The position numbers and the translations under genes were made by a program. From positions 64,001 through 128,000 of the IMG/VR virus record IMGVR_UViG_3300013099_000017: a stretch of DNA of 64,000 bases; one strand, 5' to 3'. Positions 31,288-41,181 of the stretch are shown in pieces (within the stretch, counting starts at the first letter, position 1; every line of letters starts with the position of its first letter). Below the pieces are notes generated by a model that saw only the letters and a program-made list of their open reading frames with translations, searched no databases and was not told the DNA's origin. The DNA is from a virus.

Positions 31288-31785
31288 ATGAACTATTTTT
31301 CTGCCGTTTCAACTGTCGAAGAAATCAAAAAACTTTATCGTAAATTGTGTTCTAAATTTCATCCGGATCGTGGTGGTGATTTAGAAATCATGAAAACGGT
31401 AAACGTTCAATATAAAGAATCCCTTGCTGGAAATCATGGTCAAAAATCTACCGATAATTTTGGTAAAGAACATACTTATTACTACAATGAGCATGTAGAA
31501 GATGCATTGATGGAAAAAATTCAGGAACTTTTAGCCCTCAATATGACAGGTGTTGAAGTTGCTTTAATTGGTGTTTGGATTTGGGTGACGGGCGATAATA
31601 CTAAAGATTATCGCACACAATTCAAAAACCTTAAATTACGTTGGCACTCAAAGCGTCAAGCGTGGTACTTTCAAACAAGTAAGAAGCGTACCAAATATAA
31701 GAGAAACTTTTCAATGGATGATATGGCTCATGCTTATGGTTATCAGACATTCAAAAGTGATGATAATAAATTGGCACTTGCCTAA
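31288..31785 (+). CDS. J-domain (DnaJ-like) protein
   Basis: EIKKLYRKL...HPDRGG...M..VN. Confidence 0.88.
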   Translation: MNYFSAVSTVEEIKKLYRKLCSKFHPDRGGDLEIMKTVNVQYKESLAGNHGQKSTDNFGKEHTYYYNEHVEDALMEKIQELLALNMTGVEVALIGVWIWVTGDNTKDYRTQFKNLKLRWHSKRQAWYFQTSKKRTKYKRNFSMDDMAHAYGYQTFKSDDNKLALA

Positions 31786-32098
31786 TGAATATCGTTGATT
31801 TCTTTTTTACTTCTTATGTTGTTATTATCACATCAATTCCGTTTATATTTTATTATGATGATATTAAACGGAAACGGTGGGTTAATGGAAAAGATGATAC
31901 CATAAAATAACTATTATAGGATAATATTATGATCAAATCACAACAAAATGCTCTTGTTGTTCTTTCTGTTATGGGTGAACTTGTTACAGAAAAAATTTCA
32001 AAAATTATTGAACTTGAAGAAGAACTTGCACAAGTAAAAAAAGAATTGGAGCAAGAGCGCAATATGAAAGAATATTTAGTTGCTTTAACTTCGGTAAA

Positions 32099-32144
32099 AT
32101 ACCCATTAAGAGATATATAAATTATTTTTTAAGTATGTAATAAT
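32099..32144 (+). promoter_or_regulatory. Palindrome-class promoter cassette, copy 10 (exact reverse complement of copy 5; overlaps the end of the upstream ORF)
   Basis: ATACCC-ATTAAG-AGATAT; TGT-AATAAT at 32139; CTTCCAAAAGGAAA RBS. Confidence 0.7.
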
Positions 32145-32183
32145 AAAGTCTGAATTGAGATAAACTTCCAAAAGGAAATCAAA

Positions 32184-32603
32184 ATGGCTGAGTCAGCAAA
32201 GTTCAAAAAATACGAAATGGTTTGTAAATCTTCAAAGAAATCTCAAGAACGAAATGACTGTTCCGTAAAAGCTGTATCAATGGCAGGACGGGTTTCATAT
32301 AAAGAAGCTCATAGACGTTGTGCAGAACATGGTAGAATTAATAATAAGGGTATGATGAATAGCCAAATTAATTCTACATTGGAAGATTTAGGATTTGAAT
32401 TGCAACTAATTGAAAACCTTTATCAAAAGAATGGTTCTAAATACACTCCTAAGACTATTGGGAAGCGTTTAAAGGCAGGTTATTACATTGTTTATGTTAA
32501 AGGGCATGTGTTCCCTGTAATCAATGGTACGGTCTTTGATTGGTCTGCTAATAGACAACATAGAATCTACCAAGCATATAAAATTGTAAGGAAGCGTACA
32601 TAA
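32184..32603 (+). CDS. Hypothetical protein with an NDCSVKA motif
   Basis: Cys motif and a later GHV...NG.V.D suggest a papain-like fold; weak inference. Confidence 0.65.
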   Translation: MAESAKFKKYEMVCKSSKKSQERNDCSVKAVSMAGRVSYKEAHRRCAEHGRINNKGMMNSQINSTLEDLGFELQLIENLYQKNGSKYTPKTIGKRLKAGYYIVYVKGHVFPVINGTVFDWSANRQHRIYQAYKIVRKRT

Positions 32604-33052
32604 TGAGTAATGGAATTGAAGGTAATATTAGGGTATTTGAAGTTGATTTATTTAGTGAGGTTCTTTACTTTGTCTTACCAAAACACATGAGTAAGCAAGA
32701 TAAATTAATAATTTATAAGAGTGTTGGAGCCACACGTTCTTATGAAAATCAAAATGGCAATACTGTTTTGGTTGTTAAAAAGTGGCAAAATTAAAAAGGA
32801 AATAAATATTATGACAAAGAAATCATTCCATCCAAAGAAATTATCTGATTATTCAGACATATGTCATTTGCGTGATACATTACATATATTACATGAAATT
32901 GATTGGGAAATTGATTTGATTAATGATAGTTTGCAAAACGATAATCATACGAAAACAACAACATTAAATAGATTGGAACGAAAAGATGAATTGGAAACGG
33001 TTTTGGGAACAGTTTTTAGTTTATTAAAACCATATGGGGAAAAATTCAGATA

Positions 33053-33148
33053 ATATCCCATTGTGGGTATATACATTCATTAACTAATATAAGATAATAT
33101 ATTTGTGGTTGGGGGAAGTCTCCCAAAAGATAAATTTTCAAAAGGAAA
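33053..33148 (+). promoter_or_regulatory. Palindrome-class promoter cassette, copy 11, with conserved leader
   Basis: ATATCC-CATTGT-GGGTAT; GATAAT at 33093. Confidence 0.8.
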
Positions 33149-33153
33149 TAATT

Positions 33154-33465
33154 ATGAATGGTTTATTAGTTTCAATCTATCGTGATGGATTTGGTGATTG
33201 TACAAATGGTGGTGTTTCAGGTCGTGTTAAACAGGCTGTAATCACTGGTGATTTAGTTGATTGTGATGTGTTTGAACCAACTGCTTTACAACCTGAAATG
33301 GTCATTGTGGAGCGTTATATAGGTACTAATAAATACCTTCATGCTGTTCCAAAAGATTTACATGAAAGTGGAAAATGGGTTATGTTTGGTGGTAATTTTC
33401 TTTATAGTTCAGACAGCCGTTTCCCTTCGGATCAACCAATTGCAATCCATGACAGGGTGGAATAA
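33154..33465 (+). CDS. Hypothetical phage protein (DCTNGGVS family)
   Basis: Start behind the cassette RBS; motif recalled from other phages. Confidence 0.7.
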   Translation: MNGLLVSIYRDGFGDCTNGGVSGRVKQAVITGDLVDCDVFEPTALQPEMVIVERYIGTNKYLHAVPKDLHESGKWVMFGGNFLYSSDSRFPSDQPIAIHDRVE

Positions 33466-34989
33466 TGAGAGATCCAAGTTTTTATGGTCATTTAAAGTCA
33501 TAACAACATTTCCAAGTGGAATGAAAAGTTCCACTTGGTTTTATAATTATAGACTTCTTAAAAAATATAAGAAATCAGTTCGTAAATTTGAACCTGATTC
33601 AAAAATTGTAGTATTTCCGTATAGTGAATAGGAAGATTAAATATGTTTGAAGTTGATGGAATAAAAGTATCAAATAAAGATGGTGCATTGATAAAAAGAG
33701 CCATGAAGGAATTTGGAAAACAATTAAGTTCTGGTATAATTACCCATAATGGAAAAGAAAAAAATAAAATTAAATTAATTCAGCAATGTGCAAAAATCAT
33801 TGATAAATTTAATTATGATGCTTTTGGAAACCAAGCATCATATATGGCATCATATAGAATATTTTACAAATACGCAGATAAACCCGATATGGAACCATTA
33901 TATGCAGATATGCGTTCATCATCAAAAGAAGGTGCTGTTGATGAATTTTATATATGGTATTGGGATGGTGAGCGCATTGTTAATAATAAAGAAATAGAAA
34001 TTGTTGGTTTGGGGTAATTAATATGTTTGATTTTTTTTGGAAAATTATTATCTATTGGAAATGATGTGGCATTAACACCAAAACATTATCGGGGTTTAGT
34101 TCTTGGTAAAGTGGTTGGTTTTACCCCAAAACAAGTTATATGCAATACTGGAAATATTGAAGGAATGAAAAAGTTTCTAATCTTAATAACAGAAATGACA
34201 TTTATTTTAATTATTGCCATTATTGAAGCAATTTGGAAAAAGTTTAACAAAAATCTTAGAATAGATATTGAAGGAATTGATTGATGAAATTACAAGCACC
34301 AAAATTGCCACTTAAATATCGTGCCGATTTTATGTTACGATATAAAGAAATATTAGATCAGAAATTATCATTTGAAGGTGCTGAGAATGGTATATTTTAT
34401 TTTAAAGGATTGATACAAATATCCGGTAAAATGTTAGAAGCTGAAATGAATGTTGCCTGTACAGATATGAGTGATTTATATTTGAACCCCATTGAATCAA
34501 TTAAAAATCTATTGGATTTTGAATATATTGATTTATTTATTGATGATGTATATTGTTTAAGGATACAATAATGAAAACTAAATGGAAATCTATTGCTTAT
34601 TGGGATAAAGGGGTAAGTACCGGAAATAGTAAAAACGTATCAGTTGATACACATAGCACCGAAGAAATGGCTCAGGCTGTTGCTGATGCATTATTAATTG
34701 AGGGTTTGGGTGGTGAACGTAAAATTTTCCCAATAAAAACCAGAGTTGAAAAGGTTATTATCTTATGAAAAGAACTATTGTTTCAGAAATTCAACCTGAA
34801 TATGCAGTTTCTTATTATTCAATAAAAAAACATGGTAATAGTGGAGCAGGATTTTATTTACATAAAACAGATGATCCGGATAATGGATATTGTGAATTAG
34901 AATTAGTGGAAATGGGTGCTTCTCCTAAAACTGTTCGTGAGTTAAGGGAAGTTGCAAGTATTGAAGTATTTGGTAAACCCTTGATCTAG
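33465..34989 (+). other. Run of small hypothetical ORFs; one appears frameshifted at T8 (34031-34038)
   Basis: ATG 34023 (MFDFF) joins GKLLSIGNDVA only if the run is T7. Confidence 0.55.
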
Positions 34990-35070
34990 ATCAATGTTAT
35001 TTTATCCAAGTTTGATAAACTATATATGTGGTTGGGGAATGATCCCCAAAAGATAAATTTTCAAAAGGAA
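34981..35070 (+). promoter_or_regulatory. FNR-box promoter, copy C, with conserved leader
   Basis: TTGATCTAGATCAA, ~20 nt, TGA-TAAACT; GGGGA-loop-TCCCC leader. Confidence 0.7.
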
Positions 35071-35077
35071 ATAAATA

Positions 35078-35386
35078 ATGAGTGATCAGAATCCAATTTT
35101 AAAAATTACAACTGATAAGATGCATAAATTTGGAGTTCGTATTGTTAATACAGGTGATCATTATGGTCTTAATGATGTATTGGTTAATGATGGTGATCCA
35201 TTGGTAGAATTTTGGGATCATACAACTTTTGAAGAAGGTCAATTCGTTAGTCGATATTATGTTAAAACCATTTTAGATCATGAATATGGTCATGATTTAA
35301 ATTTAGATGGTGGTATTCCTGAGTGGTCTATTGATGCTAATTCCATGACTACTATTGTTGGTTGGTTAAATTTTATATTGGATTGA
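35078..35386 (+). CDS. Hypothetical protein, tandem paralog A
   Basis: RI..TG..Y...NDGDP.VEF.D...GQ...L.L.GGI..W.ID. Confidence 0.75.
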   Translation: MSDQNPILKITTDKMHKFGVRIVNTGDHYGLNDVLVNDGDPLVEFWDHTTFEEGQFVSRYYVKTILDHEYGHDLNLDGGIPEWSIDANSMTTIVGWLNFILD

Positions 35387-35389
35387 AAA

Positions 35390-35701
35390 ATGAATAATTT
35401 AAATAATGTGTTTAATGTTGTAAATGGTAATCTACATCAATTCCAAGTTCGGATCATTGATACGGGTGAACAATATGATACGACATTATTTAATGATGGT
35501 GATCCAATGGTTGAATTTTTGGATACAACATTAAATGAAGCAGGGCAATCAATTTCCATGTTTTATGTTTCAAGTCTTATAGATCATGAACCTGGATCAA
35601 GTTTAGATTTAGCAGGTGGTATTTCTAAATGGATAATTGATGGTGATACAATGGATAGCATTGTTGATTGGTTAAATGATTATTTTGGGTATGGGAGATA
35701 A
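35390..35701 (+). CDS. Hypothetical protein, tandem paralog B
   Basis: Duplicate of 35078-35386. Confidence 0.75.
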   Translation: MNNLNNVFNVVNGNLHQFQVRIIDTGEQYDTTLFNDGDPMVEFLDTTLNEAGQSISMFYVSSLIDHEPGSSLDLAGGISKWIIDGDTMDSIVDWLNDYFGYGR

Positions 35702-35703
35702 TA

Positions 35704-37075
35704 ATGAATATAAATGATATGTCTAAGTTGACAGATTCAAGATTGAGAACATTAGATACAGATAATCTTGATAGTGCAACCCGTGTAGAATTATTGGAAT
35801 CTTTGAATATAGAATTGAATTTCATAAAAAATACTTTACGAGATTTGAGAATAACAAATTCTGATACACATTTGGCTGTTATGTTAGAAAATCTCATGCA
35901 TAGTGATTGTGGTGAAGAAGATAATCATTTCACTAGAAGTAGAGAATTATAATGAAATTTGATGATGTTTGGGTTGAATGTCGAGAAGCAATACATTCAT
36001 ATAAAATTCATGGTGCTCTTATTGCACCAGATATGTTTTATAGTGTTACTTTTTACAATGATCTTGAAGGTTGTATTAGCATTGGTGGTTGGATTTTATA
36101 TGATGATGTTTGGGTTAAGGTTCTTTTTAGTTTAACCAAAGATGATGAAGAAATTAAATATATTGATGGGATACTATCTCATAATTGGGAAAAATGATGG
36201 AATATGAAAAATTTGAAAGTTGGGAAAATACTTACATGTCAAGACATGTAATTTCTTCTGATGTTATTATGACAGAAAAAGAAACGGGTCGGGTTGTTGC
36301 AGTTTTTTACAATGATTATGATTTGGATGATGTTTTGGAACAATTGAAAAAGGTAAAAGAAAATGGCACATTATAGAAAAATGACAGTTGATGGTATTGA
36401 ATATCAATATAACATTGGTAAGAAATTTGTTGAAATTCGAGAAGAACTTGCACCAAAACAACTTATTGAAAAATCCGAAATTGGATTTAAGAGCAAACAT
36501 AATGAATTAATTGTTCATCCTAAAATGATTGCTGATTATATTCAGGGTAAAAAGAAGCAACATGTGAGTAAGTATTTTCGTACATGTAAATGTGTTGGTG
36601 TTTCTAAACAATTAGGTGTAATACCATATGATTATGAAATTGACAATAAATCCAATTATGTTTATTGGTGTAGTGCTTGTTATAGTGCAAATGCAGATGA
36701 TATATGATGGAAACGATGGAATCTTTGGACGACACATTATGTGATTATTGTCCTAAAACAGAGTATGGTACTTGTTCGGTAAATACAAACCAATATAATT
36801 TATGTGAGGGTTATCACTGTGATGATGCTTATGAAAATTATAAAGATGATTTTGAAAACGAAATGGAGACTAAAATGAAACACAATAAAGTAATTTTTTC
36901 TGGAAATGCGACAATAGTTTTTTGGGAAGATAATACAAAAACTATCGTTAAATGTTCTGATAACGATAGTTTTGATTCTGAAAAGGGATTCTTAATTGCA
37001 TATTATCAGAAACATACGGGGAATAGTAAAAAACAAACATCCAAAGTATTACAATCCTTACCTGATAGAAAATAA
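35704..37075 (+). other. Five small hypothetical ORFs
   Basis: Coupled ORFs 35704, 35952, ~36194, 36363, 36704. Confidence 0.6.
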
Positions 37076-37076
37076 T

Positions 37077-37171
37077 ACACCCACAATGGGATATATACAT
37101 TTTAATCTAATTATCGGATAATATACATGTGGTCGGGGAAATCCCCATTTAGAAAAACTTCCAAAAGGAAA
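37077..37171 (+). promoter_or_regulatory. Palindrome-class promoter cassette, copy 12 (inverted), with conserved leader
   Basis: ACACCC-ACAATG-GGATAT; GATAAT at 37117; GGGGAAATCCCC. Confidence 0.8.
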
Positions 37172-37176
37172 AGAAA

Positions 37177-38346
37177 ATGACCGATTTTAATACTGATGTG
37201 ATTGAAATACCTTCTGAAAATATTGATATTCTCAAAAAGAAAGTTGAACAAGTCAACAAAAAAGCGATTAAAAATGGTTTGGTTCCAATGGTTTTGACTA
37301 TTGGTGATGTTATCGAAACTAAACAAAAAGACCATTTTGGTAATGTTTCATATACCAAATCTTATCCGGTTTCAATTGCAGGTGAATATCCTGCTATTAA
37401 TGGTTGGAAATGTATTGCTAAAATTGATCATCGTGATGGTGTTAATATCGTTGCCATTTATGATGAAATTGATGTTTCAAAATATCGTGATCGTAAACCA
37501 ACATGTGATCATTGTGGTCATAACAAAATCAAGGTTCAATCTTATTTGATTCAAAATATTGAGTCAGGTGAAATTTTACAAATTGGTAAATCTTGTATTA
37601 AAGATTATATCAAGGGTGATCCTAAATGGATGCTTCAAATGCTTACTTGGATTCGTACCTTAGATGAACAACTGAAAGATGAATTTTCAATTGGTGGTGG
37701 TTCTGAATTTTATTATGACATTGAAAAAATTGCTTCTGCTTCTGCATTGTCAATTGAATTAAATGGTTTCGTTGGTTCGGGTGGTTATGATTATGACAAA
37801 ACACCTACCGTTTCAGATGTCAATGATTTCTTTTTTGGTAAACGTGATAATGATTGGTTAGGTTATTGGAAAATTACTGATGAAAATAAAGCTATTGCCA
37901 AAGGCATGATTGAATATTTCAATGAACAGTCAGGCGATAATAATTTTGTTATCACTATCAAGCAACTGTTAGAACTTGGTAAAGTTCGAGCTAAGTTCTT
38001 TTCATACATTGCAGGGGCAGTATCAGGCTATTTAAAGCATCTTGACCGTGAAGCTAAGAAAGCAGTCGATGAAAAAATTAAGCGTGTTAATGCTACCGTT
38101 GGTGAAGTTAAAAAGCGTCAAGATTTCAATGTTACTTTGGAATCACTGATTACTACTTCCGGTTTTTATGGAACAATTTATGTTCATAAATTCCGTAAAG
38201 ATACAGGTGAAACAATCGTTTGGTTTGCAAATGGTACTTCATTAGATCGTGAAATTGGTGATGAATTCACCATCAAAGCAACCGTTAAAAAGTTTGATGA
38301 ATATAATGGTTGGAAACAAACAATTGTTGTTAGAGTTAAGGATTGA
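37177..38346 (+). CDS. Conserved early phage protein with a Zn motif and a C-terminal OB-fold-like domain
   Basis: CDHCG...GKSC; C-terminal ATVK...EYNGWKQT. Confidence 0.7.
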   Translation: MTDFNTDVIEIPSENIDILKKKVEQVNKKAIKNGLVPMVLTIGDVIETKQKDHFGNVSYTKSYPVSIAGEYPAINGWKCIAKIDHRDGVNIVAIYDEIDVSKYRDRKPTCDHCGHNKIKVQSYLIQNIESGEILQIGKSCIKDYIKGDPKWMLQMLTWIRTLDEQLKDEFSIGGGSEFYYDIEKIASASALSIELNGFVGSGGYDYDKTPTVSDVNDFFFGKRDNDWLGYWKITDENKAIAKGMIEYFNEQSGDNNFVITIKQLLELGKVRAKFFSYIAGAVSGYLKHLDREAKKAVDEKIKRVNATVGEVKKRQDFNVTLESLITTSGFYGTIYVHKFRKDTGETIVWFANGTSLDREIGDEFTIKATVKKFDEYNGWKQTIVVRVKD

Positions 38347-38575
38347 ATTATGACTAATAAATTTAGTATTACTGAAAGTGATAAGCAATTCCTTAGTGCT
38401 GTAAATCGTTGGAGAAACGAAAATGAAATCAATAAACAGATATTAGCGTTTATTGATGAATTAATTGAATCTGTCAATGATGATGATTGTATGTGTGATC
38501 AATTTGATGATGGATTTGATGCATGTGCTTATATGGTTAAACTTCAAATTAACAAGATAATTAATGGGGCAAATA

Positions 38576-39064
38576 ATGCAAAGGGAAATTGAAAGAAAAT
38601 TTTTATTAACAAATGATTGGAAAGATCGAATTAAAAAATATGCGGTTGATAAAAATCTAATTCGACAAGGATATTTGAAATTATCTGATCCTGTTGTTCG
38701 TGTTAGAACATTCAATAATATCGGTAAACTCACCATCAAGGGGAATCCTACTGATGGTGAATTGGGTGTTGATGAATATGAATATACTATTCCATATGTA
38801 GATGCTATCAATATGTTATTAACATTGTGTGATCGTGAATTGTGGAAAACAAGATATTCTGTTTTTATTTGTGGTAAAATTTGGGAAATTGATGAATTTC
38901 TTGGAGACAATAAGGGTTTGATATTTTGTGAAGTTGAATTAGATTCAGAAGATGAATTTCTTGATTTGCCTAATTTTATTGGCAAAGAAGTTACAGGCAA
39001 TGAACGATTTTATAATAATTGGATTATTAATAACCCAATAGGTGAAACAAATGAAAACGATTGA
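38576..39064 (+). CDS. CYTH-domain triphosphatase / adenylate-cyclase-like protein
   Basis: EIERKFL, QGYL, VRVR, LTIKG, KTRY, WEIDEF, EVEL motifs. Confidence 0.9.
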   Translation: MQREIERKFLLTNDWKDRIKKYAVDKNLIRQGYLKLSDPVVRVRTFNNIGKLTIKGNPTDGELGVDEYEYTIPYVDAINMLLTLCDRELWKTRYSVFICGKIWEIDEFLGDNKGLIFCEVELDSEDEFLDLPNFIGKEVTGNERFYNNWIINNPIGETNEND

Positions 39065-39471
39065 TTATGTAAACCTATCAAATAATGTTTTATTTTGGTT
39101 GGGTAGTGCTGGTGTTAAAGATATTAAAGATATAGCAATTACAGATGATAACATTACTATAAACATTTAGGTAAAGGTTATAAATCAGAATTAAACAATT
39201 CACTTGATTTTTTGTTGGAAAATTTACAAGATGTATGTATTTTTTATTATAAATTTATATGAGATCTTTATAGGTAAAGATAATAATCTTATACAAGTTA
39301 TATTTAAAGTCAAAAAATCGGGTGATAAATAATGAGTATTAATATTGAAAATGAATTGACCAATTTTGGTGGATGGGAAAAAAATAAAATTCGTAATATG
39401 CTTAGGCAAGAATTTAAGTATGGGGTTTTATTGGGTGTTATTGGAACTTTGATCATTGTGTGGATTTTTAT

Positions 39472-39888
39472 ATGAAAAAAGTAAGTGCTGGTATCATCAT
39501 AACAGATGGTAAAGAAATTTTATTAGGTCATTCAACTGGTAATAATTTTTGGGATATTCCAAAGGGGATGGTTGAAGATGGTGAAAATCCATACGATACT
39601 GCTATCCGTGAAACTCATGAAGAATTTGGATTAGATTTTTCAGATCATACATTAGTTGATATTGGTGAATTTAAATATTCAAAATCTAAGAATTTACATT
39701 TATTTTTGGCAAACGTATCATCAATGCCAAACGCAAAACACTGTGAATGTACATCATATTTTGATATCGGGCAGGGTAAGAAACCAGAAATTGATACTTT
39801 TATTGTTTTTGAATTAAAAAATGTAGAAGTATTATTTTGTGCATCAATGAAAGAATGTTTTAAACAATGGAGAAAATATATAAAATGA
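39472..39888 (+). CDS. Nudix hydrolase
   Basis: Nudix box GMVEDGENPYDTAIRETHEEFGL. Confidence 0.9.
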   Translation: MKKVSAGIIITDGKEILLGHSTGNNFWDIPKGMVEDGENPYDTAIRETHEEFGLDFSDHTLVDIGEFKYSKSKNLHLFLANVSSMPNAKHCECTSYFDIGQGKKPEIDTFIVFELKNVEVLFCASMKECFKQWRKYIK

Positions 39889-41096
39889 GTACAAAAATAT
39901 ACAATGCTTATATCTGTAAAATGGGGATGCCGTATCTTAGTCTTATTATTAAAGAATTAAGAAAAGAATATACAGAAGAAGTACAAAAAACGATTTTAGA
40001 TATACCATTTAATTTTAGAAAAAAATGCATTGAATTTTATGAAGATGATTCTATTGTAATTTATCCGTTGCAAAATGGTGATATTTTATTTCAAGAGTGG
40101 CGTTATAGATTGAGATATAGTGTAAATTTACCTACATTCAATTTGATGCTCAATTTCAATAAAATTGAAGATTATCATTATCAAGATCAGTCAGATCCTT
40201 GGTATATTGATGATTATGATGATGATAAAATTACCAAAGAAGAATATGAAAGTGCAATAATCCAATATGAACAGCGTGAAAAAGATTGGAATGAAGTATT
40301 CGGTGATGGTTCATGGAGTCCAGCCGAAACTGGATTTACTATACCTTATATAAACGATAAAATTAGATTAGAGTGGGACAAATGAAGCGATTAGTAGAAT
40401 TACCACTTACCTTATATACAATTTTGGATACAAAATCTAATGAAAATTGGCATACAAATCAAAACAAGGGTGTTTGGTTTAAAATAAATCATGCTAAATC
40501 AGCATGGACAAATAACCAATGGCGTGATGAAATTAAATTCAATGATCAAGACAGATATAAGATTGTTGAAAATACTGTTGCTTCATGGAATAAGCAAATT
40601 ATTAATTAATAAATAGGTTTAAGGATAAAATGATTGAAATAAAATTTACGGCAGTTGCTCCGGTGGTTCAGGGTTGGAAAAATGGAATTGATGTTTCACG
40701 ACATAAATACTATGATTGTTCATTCTCAGTATCATTCGATCCAACTAAAATTAATGATCATCAAGTTAATCAAATGATTCACAATCAAATGCTTCAAATG
40801 AAACGAGATCATCCAAGAAGTCAAGTACTTAAACAAGCCCAAAGGCAATATTAATTAATATGAGATAAAATAATATGTATGAACCAGAAGAAACCTATTA
40901 TGGAAAAGAACAGCACCAACAAGAGCAAATAATATTACAACATGGACAACCTGAAATTCCTTGGTATTTTGGTCAGGATTTCCAATGGTGGTGGACCGGT
41001 GTATTTGTGCCAATTATTCTTGCTATTGTTATTAATAAGACTATGAAAAAGAAAACCGTTGTTAATGAAAGTAATCATAAACATCCAAGATTGTAA
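39885..41096 (+). other. Four hypothetical ORFs (~39885-40385, 40382-40609, 40630-40854, 40875-41096)
   Basis: Coupled ORFs; the last has a transmembrane segment. Confidence 0.6.
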
Positions 41097-41098
41097 AT

Positions 41099-41144
41099 AT
41101 ATCCACAATGGGATATATACCAATGTATCCCATTGTGTGATAAT
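41099..41144 (+). promoter_or_regulatory. Palindrome-class promoter cassette, copy 13 (perfect arms)
   Basis: ATATCC-ACAATG-GGATAT; second degenerate site at 41125-41142; TGT-GATAAT at 41139. Confidence 0.8.
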
Positions 41145-41181
41145 ATCTGTATTGTAGAAAACATTCCAAAAGGAAAATATT

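Noticed and set aside
29764-33108. TATATTTG as Bacteroidetes-type -7 promoter elements
   Set aside because: Not conserved in the other leaders, and strong AGGA Shine-Dalgarno use plus TTGACA/TATAAT promoters point to a standard sigma70 host
39051-39332. A programmed frameshift gene between CYTH and Nudix
   Set aside because: Needs two shifts and has no slippery site or family match; more likely decay or sequence error
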